This document shows, piece after piece, positions 29,001-43,731 of a stretch of DNA of 64,000 nucleotides; the first letter of the stretch is position 1; each line of letters starts with the position of its first letter. The DNA lies in the NCBI GenBank assembly GCA_964016885.1, contig OZ024740.1:299770001-299834000 (forward strand). Reading direction: 5' to 3'. Source of the stretch: Eledone cirrhosa. Taxonomy: Eukaryota. The position numbers were made by a program, and so were the translations under genes. The notes under the pieces were generated by a model that had not been told where the DNA came from, did not search any database, and was given only the letters and a program-made list of their open reading frames with translations.

Positions 29001-30040
29001 GTAAATAACGAATACATAGAGTTCTAGTATCTCATAAAATTCTAATTGTTTTCAGTCTTTTAAATTGCCTAATAATTATGAAATACTAAGTGCCTTCTGA
29101 TTAATGTCGAAAAATAAAGACGTTATTGAACAGTATCAATTTGATAAGTTTATAGTCATTTTCTGTTGTGTGATTAAATCTATTTATTTGTATCGATTGC
29201 CGTTCAAGCGTTCCTGATTGTTATCTTCTGGCTAAAATTGTGATTACCCTTTAGAAGTCTAATGGTTCGTTTTACATAAGAATGGATACACTCTCAAAAG
29301 ATTTAATCTATTTCTCTACTGTTAAACATATGTTCTTCTGTTTAATTATTAGCTACAACGAGAGCTTAGTTTAGGTGAAGGAAATAACAACGGATCGTTA
29401 TGGCTTAAATCGGCGTTACTGTTAAAGATATCTTCTGCTATATGTGAATAAATAATAATGTCGTTTATGAAAAATTAATAGTTTGTTATTAAAGAGATCT
29501 ATTTTCAAACATTATTTGATTTATAGCCATTTTGATATGTGTGTTGTTACGCTACTAATCATATACTTTAGATATAACTGTAATGAGCAGTTTAACCGAT
29601 TAATGTTATTTAATATTTGGAATAATGAAGAGCTTTACACCTAGGTTTTCGAGGGGTTAGCCAAGAAACAATATTATCAACATTTCCAGATAATTATATT
29701 GTAGTCTATTAAATTCATATGTAGAGTAAATATTGCAATATATATATATATATCTACACTACTCAGCGTTGTGTTTTCGTCCCTATCCTCATCACATATT
29801 TTCATGGTTATTTACATCCTCGAAATGAGAGTCATTCTTTCAAAACTAAGAGCAATAAATTTGACGAGGTCGAAAGACCAATCAACTTTAGCCGAAGCTT
29901 TTGAAATGAAAGAAGATATACATACTGGAAGTATACATTGAAAAAGTGCGATTAACAATCCCGAAAATATCTAATCTTATTGGCAACAAAAATTACCAGA
30001 CATTTAATTATTTTAGCTTTGATTATTATAATAAAAATGC
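26060..30040 (+). other. Candidate terminal exon plus long 3' UTR of a host gene
   Basis: Strong acceptor attctattttcctttacag|. All frames stop quickly (VYMI*, FI*, or xLYDLKMKWRK*). It is followed by about 4 kb almost free of microsatellites, with several AATAAA (e.g. 30030-30035). The 3' end is a guess. Confidence 0.4.
27660..27900 (+). mobile_element. CRE-like retroelement 3' fragment
   Basis: Homologous to 34635-34800 (tcctccgtaaaa...aaggagccc...gtgg.tgttgc...attgtctgc). Confidence 0.55.
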
Positions 30041-31100
30041 TATGTTATTTTATATCTATTTTCTGTTTTAATACTTGAACTACGACCATGTTTGAGCAAA
30101 GCTTTACAGGTATAATAGTTGATTGTATCGACTAAATTACTTATAATTTCAAGTATGATAATCATGTTAACAATGTTGTTTTGTAGAAGCGCTACGTTAC
30201 GGGAGTTATAGACATCGACACAAACGCAAATGCAGCCTCTGGCACATAAAAATCAGTACCAACTAATCTAACTCTACTAACCCGACTAACCCCCTTCTAC
30301 CTCCTATACACACACACATACACACACTTACAGCTAACCTGTCACGACCATGTTACCCTCCGTTCACTAACTAACGAAGGGCCAGCTCCGCCCCACAAAT
30401 GCCACTAACCTATACCCACCTTACCGGCCATCCTTCGCTTCCTATCACCTTGCAGACACATCTCACCTAGTATCTATTACAAAAACACACACGCACACAC
30501 ACACACACACACACACATGCGCGCACGCGCGCGCTATCGTCACCCTCCCCCTTCTCCCCCACTTCCGTTTTGGCCAAAACTTCAACGGCTTCGCAGAAGC
30601 CAGTTCTCGACCATTACTCTCAACTGGATTACACGTGAATACTCCGATGTACAGACACACATTTAGACAAACACATACAGAAACATGCACACATCCACCC
30701 TCACACACGTACATAACATATTAACGCTAATGACCAAAGACAACTACACCGCTGACGTGAATACAAACATACACACATACGCACATTCACACATTCATCC
30801 GATACACACATGGACATACATTCAATCACACACATACAAACACACTCAGAGGCGAAAATGCACAATCACATACGTAGAAACAATAGAATATAGTCACATA
30901 CACACGGGCGGACACACAGACATACCCAAATATAAACACACACACACACACACACACGCACACAAGTCTCCTCAGTAAGAATGATATCCCTCCTTGTATG
31001 TATGTGTCTGCGAGCATGTATATCTGTTATTTATATATATGTATACGTATGTGTATGTATGTGTATATATGTTATATATGTGCATGAGTATGTATTTGTA

Positions 31101-31147
<47 letters not shown>

Positions 31148-31628
31148 ATGTTTGTGTGCGCATATGCGTATGTGTGTCGATATATTTGTATATGCGTATG
31201 TGTCGATTTATATGTATGTGTATGTTTGTGTGAGTATATATATATGCGTACATGGGTGTGTTTGTGTATATATATATATGTGCGTGTATGTATATATTTA
31301 TATATATATATATACACACATATATATATATATATACACACGCACATATATATATGTATATACACACACACATGTACGTATATATATATATATATATATA
31401 TATATACTCACACAAACATACACATACATATGTATGTGCATGTTTGTGTGAGTATATATATATATGCGTACATGTGTGTATATATATATATATTTCAAGA
31501 ACACATAATATAAAGCGCTCATTAATATTGTATTTTTACTCCAATAAATTGTTGAGTGCTTTATATCAGTTATAAAAATATTTGCTTGTTGTATCACAAC
31601 AAATTAAATATAACTTCTACACACACAT

Positions 31629-31702
<74 letters not shown>

Positions 31703-31918
31703 ATGTTGTTCACTTGTCCCCCCGCTCTACGCGATTTACTGGTCCCAATAACTTTTTTTAGATATTGCTCGCAACAACCTGAGGTATATGATTTTTAATG
31801 CGATGAAATACCAATGAATGTTGGAAAATCACTGACGAAGGACTATTTTTATCATATGTAACCTATCTGCAACCACGCAGTATTCTTCTTTCTTCTCATG
31901 TTTATATATATATATACA

Positions 31919-31989
31919 TAAGCCAGTTGACATACCACGTTGATCATAATTTACAGTTAAAAAAAAAATTATATATATATATATACACA

Positions 31990-32057
<68 letters not shown>

Positions 32058-32125
32058 TGTGTATATATATATATAATTTCTTTTTAACTGTAAATTATGA
32101 TCAACGTGGTGTGTTAACTGGCTTA
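31919..32125. repeat. Inverted repeat with ~75-bp arms centred on a (TA)n tract
   Basis: taagccagttgacataccacgttgatcataatttacagttaaaaa...cacagcc(AT)n ggctgtg...tttttaactgtaaattatgatcaacgtggtgtgttaactggctta. Confidence 0.9.
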
Positions 32126-32237
32126 CCAATGTATACAGTGAATTTATTTGCTCTATGTTTCAGGAAGACACTCTCCATATATCACAAACAATAATGAAGG
32201 AAAAGGAAAACAATAATACTACTACTAATAATAATAA

Positions 32238-32519
32238 CTGTTTCTACTTTTGGCACAAGGCCAGCAATTACCTAGTGCATTATTGGTACTTTATTTACCA
32301 GTAATCCAGTGGTTAATTACTACTAATAATAATTGTTTCTACTTTTGGCACAAGGCCAGCAATTACTGTATTACTGGTACTTTATTTTATCGACCCCGTA
32401 AGGATGAAAGGCAAAGCTAACCTCGGCGAGATTTGAACTCAGAATAGCAAGGGCCGTAACACTATACTTCAAAGCACGGCGTCCGACCATCTACCGATAC
32501 TGCCAATTCACCGCCCTAT

Positions 32520-32578
<59 letters not shown>

Positions 32579-32755
32579 ATAATAATAATAATAATTGTTT
32601 CTACTTTTGGCACAAGGCCAGCAATTACCCAGTGTATTACCGGTACTTTATTTTATCGACCCTGTAAGGATGAAAGGCAAAGTTAACCTACTACTAATAA
32701 TAATAATAATTGTTTCTAATTTAGGCACAAGGCCAGCAATTACCCAGTGCATTAA
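32238..32755 (-). mobile_element. Cluster of four SINE copies/fragments within (AAT)n/(TAC)n
   Basis: SINE 3' ends tgtttcta.ttt.ggcacaaggccagc at ~32238, 32333, 32594 and 32709; 32333-32516 is full length. Confidence 0.9.
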
Positions 32756-32849
32756 TAGAAATAATAATAATAGTTTAATTCATTGGCCACAAGAGCCCAC
32801 ATATAATAATAACAGTAATGATAATAGTGATAATAATAAACACTCGGGC

Positions 32850-33540
32850 CTATAGACACAGAATAATGAATGATGGGACTGGCTCTCTATGCTACAGATA
32901 TGAAGAAACGGTAGATCCTGTTATCTCTGGGTGTCCGGAACTAGCAAAAACTGATAATATCGAAAGACACAATCGCATTACCAAATAAGTGCGCTGGATC
33001 CTCTGCCGCGCTCATGACATTGAAACTTCTAAGAAATAGTATGAACATCAACCAAAAACTGCCACGGAAAAGGGCAACATATCCATCTTGTGGGATACGT
33101 CTGTAATAATCGACCGAGAAATCGCTGCCAACAGACCAGATATCATCATCAAAAACAAAACAGATCGGACCTGTAGCCTTGTAGATATTTCTGTACCAGC
33201 TGACAAGAAAATATCTATAAAAATAATGGAAAACCTGTCAAAATACTACAAAGACCTGGAAATAGAGATCAACCTCATGTGGAGGATGACCACAAACAGT
33301 ATCCCCGTATTAAGAGGAGCATTAGAATTAATACCCAAATCCTCAGACCTGCACCTTAGCGCCCTTCCCTGCAAGATCAGCGAATATGAGATACAGAAGA
33401 TCGGGCTAATAGGAACAGCACACATTCTCAATTGAGTTCTCTCTCTACAATGAAATCATCTATTGCCCTAAGTTCAATGCCTGAACCCGGAAAAAGAGAA
33501 ACAGAAATTTGCTAAACGAAATAACGCAATACTAATAATA
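32850..33540 (+). mobile_element. R4/Dong-like non-LTR retrotransposon 3' fragment (zinc knuckle plus restriction-like endonuclease), pseudogenised
   Basis: 'LCYRYEETVDPVISGCPELAKTDNIERHN' (decayed CCHC, RHN) then 'WDTSVIIDREIAANRPDIII...LVDISVP...KY..LEIEI..MW....IPV..GAL' (PD-D/E RLE); AAT-rich flanks. Confidence 0.85.
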
Positions 33541-33956
33541 ATGGTTATAATAGATACTTGAATCATGAGATTGAAAAATCTCATAGGACATGGCAATAGA
33601 TACAGACAAGGTATTGAAGTACAATATGCCATACATATCTGTTGTGATAAAAAAAAACAGAACCTAAATATTTGATTATTGGATATAGAAATTACATATT
33701 GAGCACCCTATAGCATTACACCAGAATGGCTGATTTTTGGGAAAAGCGTGAAACATCAGACAAGGAATGGACAGATCATATAGAGAAATTTAGTGATTAC
33801 CAAGCTCAATGATTGTAGTCTGCTATCACATAATATCAAGAATTTCCACCCATTATCTGGGAAAACAGTCCCATAATAATAATATGACACAACCCATGGC
33901 TCACCCTGTCCAAAAATAGGCTTACAAACACCATACATTATATTAAATCATGAGAC

Positions 33957-34138
33957 AGGTGGATTGGCAGTATCGGTAGAGGGTCGGACGCCATGCTTTC
34001 CAGCATAGTTACGTCCCTTTACGATCTGAGTTCAAATCTCGCCGAGGTTGACTTTGCCTTTCATCCTTACGGGGTCGATAAAATCAAGTACCAGTAATGC
34101 ACTGGGTAATTGCTGGCCTTGTGCCTAAAGTAGAAACA
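33957..34138 (+). mobile_element. Full-length tRNA-derived SINE with 20-bp target-site duplication
   Basis: A-box-like tggcagtatcgg, B-box gagttcaaatc; TSD attatattaaatc(a/g)tgagac at 33937-33956 and 34139-34158. Confidence 0.95.
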
Positions 34139-34459
34139 ATTATATTAAATCGTGAGACGACAGTCCACCGAACGATATTTCATTAAACAACATTTTAATG
34201 AACCGATTTCTAACCAAACCGAAATTTCACAGAAGAATTCTATGATGTTATCTTGTAAAATAATTCTAAGTTCAACATTATTTTAAATATAGAATAATTT
34301 TATAATTACAATAAGAAATATATATCTCTCCGAAACTTTCATTAAAATCAAAAACTTAAAAAAATTTCTACTATTTTTCACTTGCATTCTTAAAGTCGGT
34401 CTTGTTGGGACACTTCAAACTACTGCTGTCAATACTCGATATGCTAGACATAATTAACG

Positions 34460-34925
34460 ATAATTTTGGGATGCGACATACTGTTAAACGTTCTCTGCCT
34501 CGGCCATAAAGCCGGTGCCGCAGACTCACAATGCAGGAGACAGGAAGACAAGCAAATATCGGAGATTGTCCGGCCGCTTCCTCTTTGTACTAATCGCCTT
34601 CGAGACCTCAAGTGTCCTCGAAACCCGGACAGCTGAACTCCTCCGTAAAACCAAATCGATAGTAGCCTGTCTGAGGAAGGAGCCCTGTGAGCTGGAGTGG
34701 TTGTTGCTGCGTATGTCGTTAGCTATTGTCTGCTGAAATACCTTTGTCATTTTGTCCGTGGGGCGCAGTCGATACACCGCTCTGACCTAGCGTCTTCCCT
34801 TCCTCTTTTTTTTCTTACATTTTGTAGTAGTCCTTGCTTTTCCTTTCATTTATGGCATTTATATTCCTTTCTAATGCTGTTTTCTTTACCTATATGTTTA
34901 ACAAACTTTCCTTACTTACCTAAAA
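34460..34925 (+). mobile_element. CRE-clade-like RLE retroelement 3' fragment
   Basis: 'WDAT...RKTSKYRRLSGRFLFVLIAFETSSVL...WLLLRMSLAIV' matches the CRE-type pattern WDAT...K..KY...F.P.A.ET.G...QR.S.AI. Confidence 0.7.
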
Positions 34926-35847
34926 AAAAGATTAACTGATTGAACATTTTGTTGATCGAGCTGTTTCTTATTTAAACATTTTAATGAATTTTTTATGGTA
35001 ATTTTTTTCCCTTTTCGGATAGCATGTTGATCGCTACACATTCCTATTTGCAGTGCATTTATTTTGGTACACTGAACTTCATTTTAACATGAACACTTTT
35101 ATTTATATATCAAGTTAGATTTCTCCATATTGCTTTTATTTTCTGGAATTTCTTTTCAATATTTAACTTTGTTTAATTCTCCTCATACTTCAAATTTTTC
35201 TATTAATCGTACTCATCTGAAAAGTAATCGTATTGAAATTTGATTCCATGTGAAGAGTAAATTACCAGGAATAACAGCAAAATCGATGCATTTCTATTAT
35301 GGATCCAGTTTAAGATTAACCGGTGATTTAGCAGAATAGATCGTGGTTTGGATATTTAACATTTTCTTTTACAATTTATTTCATCAATGTAAAGTACAAG
35401 TACACATTGAACAGTATCTAAAAAACAAACAACAAAGCACAATATTAAAGGGAACAGAAAAGAAGGGAAAACGAAAAGGAAAGAAGAATCACACAACAAA
35501 AGTAAGGGAAAGACGGTAGAATCTGTCTCAACTGCCACTGAGGCAGTTATATATGTATATGAAACCAAATTTCAATACGTATGAATATAAGTAGTGGTCA
35601 ACGATAAAACAATAGTCAACCAATGTCTAATTTTAGACAATGTCACTAATTTGGTGCACTGTGTATCTGTAGTTTTATTTAATCTGTCTGTCTATCAATA
35701 TCTAAAGATGCCGGTTTTCAGTTTTAATTTCTTTCTGTTATTTCATTATTAGTGAGAAGTACACACAGACAGGCCCACATCGACACACAAATGATACTTA
35801 CATACATATCTATAAATTCATACATCCATTAATTTCTATAAATACAA

Positions 35848-35891
<44 letters not shown>

Positions 35892-36153
35892 GCGTATATG
35901 TAGGTATGTGTGTGCGCTTCTTATATAAGTATTTATTTATTTATATACGTTTATATAATTATTTATTTATTTGTATACACGCATACACACACACACACAT
36001 ATTTATATGTGCGTGGTTTTGTATACCTATGGTAAGGTTTTGCGTATGCTTGTGTATGTACGTTTTTGTTTGCGTGTATGTATTTATTTATTGTATTTAT
36101 TTACTTTGTTCTTAACTCTGTAGCGGAGATTCATTTGGACTCCTAGTTAGAAT

Positions 36154-36385
36154 TTTAGTCTACGACTTCTGCTATACCATTTACGTGGTTTTGTCTTTGT
36201 GTGCTATTGTTCTCCACGGTCCACATATGACGTATTATCTTCGTTTTTTCGTTCATTGCCAGAGAACGTCTCTATGCACCACCTAAGAGAACATTAGTCT
36301 ACGACCTCTTTTATACCATAAACGTGGTTCTGTCTTTGCGCGTAAATGTTTTTCACCGCTCATATTAACGACGTATTATTCGTTT
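36154..36385. repeat. Degenerate direct repeat, ~140-bp period, two copies
   Basis: ttagtctacgac.tct..tataccat..acgtggtt.tgtctttg at ~36154 and ~36294. Confidence 0.75.
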
Positions 36386-36645
36386 TTTCCCGAACGTTTC
36401 CACGAACCAAAGTATCGTCTTCCTGTCTTCCTCCGGTTGCAACGTTTTTTGAAATATCCAGTTCTGCGTTTACAGATTGACTTTGCTAGTTTCAGAAGAT
36501 CCCGTTAAGGGTGAAAGCAGCGATTCTTTGCTTAAACTTTAATCTGTCATTTTAATAAATATTTGCTCTACGGTTCTTATATATTTGATATATATTTATC
36601 CTTATCGAGCCCTCTTTGGATTTTAGTCTTCAAATTTATTATTAT

Positions 36646-36690
<45 letters not shown>

Positions 36691-36691
36691 C

Positions 36692-36730
<39 letters not shown>

Positions 36731-38221
36731 CGTATATACTTTTATTTGGCACTCCGTCAGTTATGAAATCGAACACATGACTTTGAACGTGAGCCGAATA
36801 TCTAGAACCGCAAGGTTACACGCCTTCTTACATACATACATCCCATCCATCTATCCATATATAAATACATACATACATATTACGTACATATGACATGGTG
36901 GAGCCCCCTCGTTATCGAGAATGGCCATTGCACAATATAACATTATTAATAATTATTAATTAAAGCTATCGCGCAATGCCTGTGCGGGAAGATTATTTTT
37001 AAAGTGAGGAAACACTGTGCACTGAGCCAATCCCACTCTCTGAGCTACAATAGCTATAACCGTAAAAGAAGAAAAGATCAACATCATCTGTACCTACTGA
37101 GCCACAGGTTTTATGTCGGAGTTATCCCAGTTTCCTGAGTTGCATTCTCCTAGAAGTATGCCCTGACAATGGCTAGGGATCCTTCACTCCCAGTGGCTTA
37201 ACCGTGTGATCGGGTATCCAGCCCGGCTATTTCTATGTCTCCGCGCATAACATATGACATAGATACATTCATACATACATACATACATCGTCGTCATTGC
37301 AACTCGATTTCGAGTAATGCCATCGCTTGATACATAAGCATGAGCATCACGCCCGTGGCTTTTTAGTCCTGCTAAGGACTCGCCTATGGCCAGCAATAGC
37401 ATGCATTGTAAAAAATGTCAAATATCAAGCGATGCCTTTGCTTGAAGTCTTCTTAAGTGAGGAAAGGCTTTGCACGGGCCAAATCCCACTCTTTAAACAT
37501 CGAATTTATTTCCCCCAAAAGAAGAACTGGTCCACATTGGATACAAATAAGGACGCAAGTTTTATATCAGAGTCACATTTTTCTAGAGATATGACTTATT
37601 GAAGAATAGGAGGCTCTAAGAAAAAACACCACAACAAAAAACTCTTTTTGGGTGGCCGTTGACATAGATACATACATAGATACATACATAAATACATTCA
37701 TACATACATACATGAACACCCATTCATATGAAGAAGAAGAAAGAGCAGACAAATGTCACTATGTAATCGTCAAGAGACATTCAATAATGTATTCCTAAAA
37801 ATACCTCTTAATATACAGCGTAGTCATAGCTTGTACAATCCTGATCAAATACACTCCAGATCATGCATGCATCGCTGCACTATCAAGCAATTTGTCACGT
37901 TATGAAAATTTATAATGTCATTCTTTCAGTTTAAATTTTAACTATTGTATTATAAATGGGGGAAAACAAACAATCCTCCATACATATTTGCTTACACACA
38001 TACTTGCATACATACTTACATATATACATACATACATACTTACATACATATATGCACATACTTACATACATACATATACACACATATATATATATATATA
38101 TATACATACATACATATGTAAATACATACATATATTCATACATAAATACACATACATACATACATATTTACATACATATATATATACATACATATGCATA
38201 TATATATATAGTTGCATACAC

Positions 38222-38252
<31 letters not shown>

Positions 38253-38304
38253 CATACTTTGATTCATACATACAAACAAGCCTACACGCGCGCATAGACG
38301 CACT

Positions 38305-38368
<64 letters not shown>

Positions 38369-39861
38369 GACACACACAGACACACACACACACACACACA
38401 CAAATAAATAAATATATATATAAGACGCACATAAATGTGAAGGTGGAGCCTGTACACGGTTGCTAAATCTGTAAGAAATAGATGCTAAATCCCAACCTAT
38501 CAGTCTGTGTATAATATACATGTAAATAGATATACATTTAAAAAGACATGCTGGTCATGGCAGGAAGGACTTATCAAATACATTGCAGCTATTCTGATCG
38601 TGTGCACACTGTCTTTTTATGTGTATATATTTGACTACATTATTCAGTGTCTCTTCAATACGATACTATTTGATTTCGCTGCTATTTCTAATAGGCTAAG
38701 CGATGATCAAAGCTCCACGTTAAAATGAAAACAAACTTTATTAAACCGAATGTGTTCCCCTTCATTCTAAGTTCGCAGAAAAGATTACATATACAACATG
38801 ATAAAAGATAAGGTAATGCGGAAATGATTATACAACAGCACACAAACAAGAAGGGAGAGAACAGAACAATTTTTTAGCGAGGAAAAGGTCAACATGTGTT
38901 TCAAATGAATCAAACAAACAGAACAATGTTTTTCAGACGGTTTTCACACATCAGGCAATAAATGATTATATATAAAAACAAAAATAAAGAGAATTGAAAT
39001 ATACATTTCTAAATATGGTGGTTCATTCAGATGTTTAAAGGAAATAGCTTCCAGAGAAATATTCCATTCAAGTTGTTATAATGGACAGGTGGTACTGCCA
39101 TTCATTAAACATTCATTTCCTGAGCTTACAAAACTGTTAATATATACTACTGATTAATATTAAGTCTTACACTATTGATTACTATTAGGTCTTACAGAAC
39201 TGATTAATGTTAATCTTACACTGTTGATGTAACATCAAGTCTTACACCGTGTGTATGGTACCGTAACTCATAAGGGATTCGTAGGGATGACGTATTGAGA
39301 TACGGCGTTTCTAGGGTATTTCAAAACCTGGTGAAACCCATCTCCTCTTAACGTCTGGATACAGCAGATTTCTTCCCGGAAAGGATAGAGAGAGTAGAGA
39401 AAAGTAGTGACATATAAAGGAAGAATCAACTTCAGTACTTGACTGGTATATTTTATGGACCTCGAATGGATAAAAGGCAAAATTGATCTCAACGGGATTT
39501 AATCTCGGAGACCTGAAAACCGAAACGAATATTGCAATGCATTCTAACTGAGGTTCTCACGAGTCTGCCGATTCGCCGCCTAGGGTTACACAGCTGATAT
39601 AATAAAGAGTCTTATAACTCATGCTTTAACTTTCACGTCCTCAAACATAACGGTGTGTATAAAAGCATACAATATGTGACGAGAGTCTTCCATAAATTGC
39701 CTTGAAATGAAATAGCTTCCACAAATGAGGAACTATGACTCATTGAAATTTATATTTGGACGTTTATCTACACGTATATCATAGGAATATAATACAATAC
39801 AAAAACACTATCTTGAAACAGTGCATATGTACCAGTATATACACACTCACGCACAAACGCA

Positions 39862-39912
<51 letters not shown>

Positions 39913-40051
39913 AGCAAAAGGGATATTTAATTTGTTGGTAATTCAACAAGTAGAAATGTTTATAATTGATTCAAAGCACTCGACAAGTTTTCTGGAGTAT
40001 AATATTCAATGATATTAAGTTTATAAATATAGTTTCCATTTATTTAATATC

Positions 40052-40128
<77 letters not shown>

Positions 40129-40427
40129 GTTAATATTTTTTTTAAACAAGGAAAACAAAGGCAAACAATTTTACATATCTCATTCATTATTTAAGAAGGA
40201 GATATGTAAAATAACTTGCCATTGTTATCTTTGTTACAAACACTATTATATAATATATCAGACTCTGTATCTAAAAGATTGACTCGGCGAAATACAAACC
40301 TTTGATTTACGTACCTAATATCCAATGGAACCAAACGCTGGATCTCACTGAATGATATTCTGACAGATTATGTTGAGTCTTAACAACAGTATAGACCCTA
40401 CCGTGAAAACGGTATAGACCAAATTGT

Positions 40428-40469
<42 letters not shown>

Positions 40470-40575
40470 CACAAAACTGCAGCACCAACATAAATGGACC
40501 TGTTATTTTTATCGAAAGGCATTGCTTCCAATTCCACCCCGCACGTCCCTTTAATCTATCTTATTTCTTATTCTT

Positions 40576-40611
40576 TCTTCTGATGAAGGACTAGCGTCCG
40601 AAACATTAAGA
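40576..40611 (+). ncRNA. Minimal type-I hammerhead motif in a short TA-flanked element
   Basis: tctt-CTGATGA-a ggac tagc gtcc-GAAA-ca-TT-aaga. Confidence 0.65.
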
Positions 40612-41352
40612 TCCTCTTCATTCTATATCAAGCGTTAACATAATATATCCCTTCAATATATTGTGCCGATTGTGTTGTTATTTCTGTTTACCTTTTACAT
40701 ACATACATATATATATATATATATTAGAAAGTGAGGTTTTTTGTACAAAATGAAAAATAACCGAGGAGTTCTACACGAGTGAAAGTATAAAGAAAAAATC
40801 GAAAATGCAACTGGAGTCTTATTTTTAAAAAAAATGTATATATTTATTTGGTTCCTTTACCGGTTTCGCAGTTCTTCGGCTTTTCAAAAGTAGAGTTGAG
40901 ATGGAGGGTCTGTGGTTTTTCTCACATCTGGTTGGTCTCTGAATGTTACTTGTTTTATATGGAACAAGTGGCCGAAATGCCAGGTTTTTCGAGAAGTAAT
41001 TTGATTGGTTGGTCAATAATTATAATAAATTTCACGCCAGTTCGCGTTACAAACTTGTTCAAACTAGGAGGGGGGGGGGGTAGTCACAGGTTGTTTTTTC
41101 ATATATGAGTGTTTGAATTTCTTTTTACTTAAAAGAAAGGGGGCTCACGAAGGCTTTTTTTAAATAAACGTAATTTGATTGGTTATAAATGAAATTATGG
41201 TTGTCACGTGAACAAGTTTTCATTAAATTTTCGCGCCCTTATTTGGAAATCCATTCTGTAGCCGTTTTAGAGAATTTTATAATAAGTAAAAGATAATGGT
41301 CAATGGAAATTGTGGATGGGAGAACTGTTCTGTTTCAGTGAATATATATATT

Positions 41353-41439
<87 letters not shown>

Positions 41440-41619
41440 GGTTTGAGGTTCACCACTGGATAGAGCTGGTCTATTCCGCATGGTCAATCGCAATGTAGAG
41501 AGTAATCAACGTAAAGCAGTTCAACCGTCTTTGTTTTTGTAGTTGGTGGTGCTATTACTGAGTTAAATATTATAATGAAATGACAGGAGGCTGGATTATA
41601 TATATATATATATATATAA

Positions 41620-42790
41620 CGAATGTAGAAAGGTAACACGCGAGTTGATATATATAAACACAAATAGTAGAAAGGAAAAGCTTTTTCAGTAGAAAATGTT
41701 AAAGAGATATTTTTAGTGAAATTTCAAAGGATTAATTTATTTACAATACCGGTTTCAGAATTAAATGCATTGTCAATTGCGGATGTACAGAATATTGTTG
41801 AGTTGCATATTTGTAGAAATAGTGAAAATAATGATAATAACAAAAAAATATAAAGAGGGGAAGAAAAGTTAATTTTCACATACGTGTTCCTTTAGAGAAA
41901 AAGTAAATTTATCTCTCCATCCTTCTCTGCTAATGGCATTGTTGTGACAGGAGAGGTTAGAAGCAGGAAGGGAGAGGATAAGAAGGAGGAGAGGGAGGAG
42001 GCAGGTGATGTTTGTTGTGACTGCAGACTGTTATGTGGGACGCTTTGAATATTGGATACAAGGTTTAGCAGGGATTGGTTTCAAAGGCTGTGTGACCTTA
42101 GAGTTGACACGGGGTGCTTCTAAAATCTAAAATATCTATCTTAGTATTATTTCTTAGGAAAAATCATCAACCTTGTTTTTTTGTCACAAAGAAGATTTAG
42201 AGTTGTTGAAACATTAATGCCATCCCTGGCAGGAATTTTAGATTCAGGTGGATGGAGAAAATTTTGCTACAAAGAGGGGTTCAGAGCCACTGGTATACCC
42301 ATTTTATGTTCAACAGAAGCCTCCAGATTCAGGGGAATGTGAAGCATTTAGTTTAACACCTGAATGTTTCCATTTATCCGATTATCTTCTTGGAGGACCT
42401 CCAGGACTTGCTTATGTGGGTGTTACTATGTGGTTGCTTGGTCGGCATTATATAACCATATAATGCAGAGGTTGCTGGAATCTTGGAGAAGTATACCCTG
42501 CTGAAGGGTTAATTTGTTTAGGGTGTGGACTTTAAAGTGTGCCAGCTTTGGTTTAGTCCGAAGTAGAAGCATTTAGAAGGGGTTCGTATTTGGCGATAAA
42601 TTGTGATTTCTGCTAATGCGTTGGATGAAGAAAGCGTTGTCTTTGAATCTGTAGATGGGAAAAATTCTAAAATTGGGTTGTTCATTAGATGCGCATGTCG
42701 CGATGTGTTCACTTAGTGCTATCTTTCTGTATTACCGTATTTTGATTTGGGAGCTATGGACGGTCATACATTGTCGGAGGCTGTTTTTGG

Positions 42791-42792
<2 letters not shown>
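41620..42792 (-). mobile_element. Probable Penelope-like element fragment between (TA)n tracts
   Basis: Decayed hammerhead gcaa-TTGACAA-...-GAAA-ccgg-TA-ttgt at 41743-41780; the rest is stop-riddled coding-like sequence. Confidence 0.45.
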
Positions 42793-42850
<58 letters not shown>

Positions 42851-42879
42851 TTATTGCGTAAGTAACAGGTCTAAACTCT

Positions 42880-42965
42880 CATATCTGAAGAAGTGTTGAT
42901 TAAAAGTCTGGACCCAATCGCCTGATCAAACCCGAGCTGATCGATATAGAAACAAATGTAATATG
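42880..42965 (+). ncRNA. Type-I hammerhead with a long stem II; truncated tandem copy at 43249-43352
   Basis: catat-CTGAAGA-(57 nt closed by tgt(t/c)gatta/tgatcgata)-GAAA-caaatg-TA-atatg; perfect 5-bp helix I. Confidence 0.7.
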
Positions 42966-43145
42966 AAATAAAGTTTCAGAAATAGCTGCATTTCTTATTG
43001 TTTCTCTCTCTCTCCCCTTCTCACTTTCGCTCCCCCTCTCTCTCTCTCTCTCTCTCTCATTCTCTCTCTCTCTCTATCTCTCTCTCACTCACTCTCTCTC
43101 TCTCTATATATATATATATGCACACACACACACACAAACACACAC

Positions 43146-43229
<84 letters not shown>

Positions 43230-43731
43230 ATATACATACATATATATAGGTTATTGTGTGAGTAACAAGTCTAAATTCTCATATCTGAAGAAGTGTCGAT
43301 TAAAAGTCTGGACCCAATCGCCTGATCAAACCCGAGCTGATCGATATAGAAAATTGGTGTTTGATATTTGAAGGAATTACTTCAGGTACGTTTATTGTAA
43401 TGTTTTATATTAATTTGACATTTCATAGTTTGACTGCCCTGCAGGTATTCATGCATAAGTTATCATTTCTATATTTCAAATACACAGACGTATATACGCA
43501 TTCAGATGTGCATGCACACAAGTACTCCCATGCATGTTGACACACACACATACACACACACACACATATACAAGCACACACACACACGTACATGCACACA
43601 CGCACACACGCACAAATATATATATATATATTGTGTGTGTTAAAAATGCATGGGCGTACCTTTGTGCAAACACAACTGGTGAAAAGAAGATTCCCCTCTC
43701 TCTGTATATATATATATATATATACATATAT

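Noticed and set aside
32164-32220. Splice acceptor ctctatgtttcag|
   Set aside because: It runs into AAT/SINE repeats with no donor or recognisable coding content.
33088-33435. 115-aa ORF as a host nuclease gene
   Set aside because: It is the RLE domain of a non-LTR retrotransposon, with upstream stops.
33957-34045. tRNA gene
   Set aside because: A/B boxes are present, but this is the head of a multi-copy SINE with a TSD; no proper cloverleaf is evident.
36490-36530. CAGAAGA-tcccgttaagggt-GAAA hammerhead-like string
   Set aside because: The core is altered and there is no convincing stem III or helix I.
40845-40885. Hammerhead-like CCGAAGA-actgc-GAAA-ccgg-TA on the - strand
   Set aside because: The core is mutated and there is no helix I complementarity; not counted.
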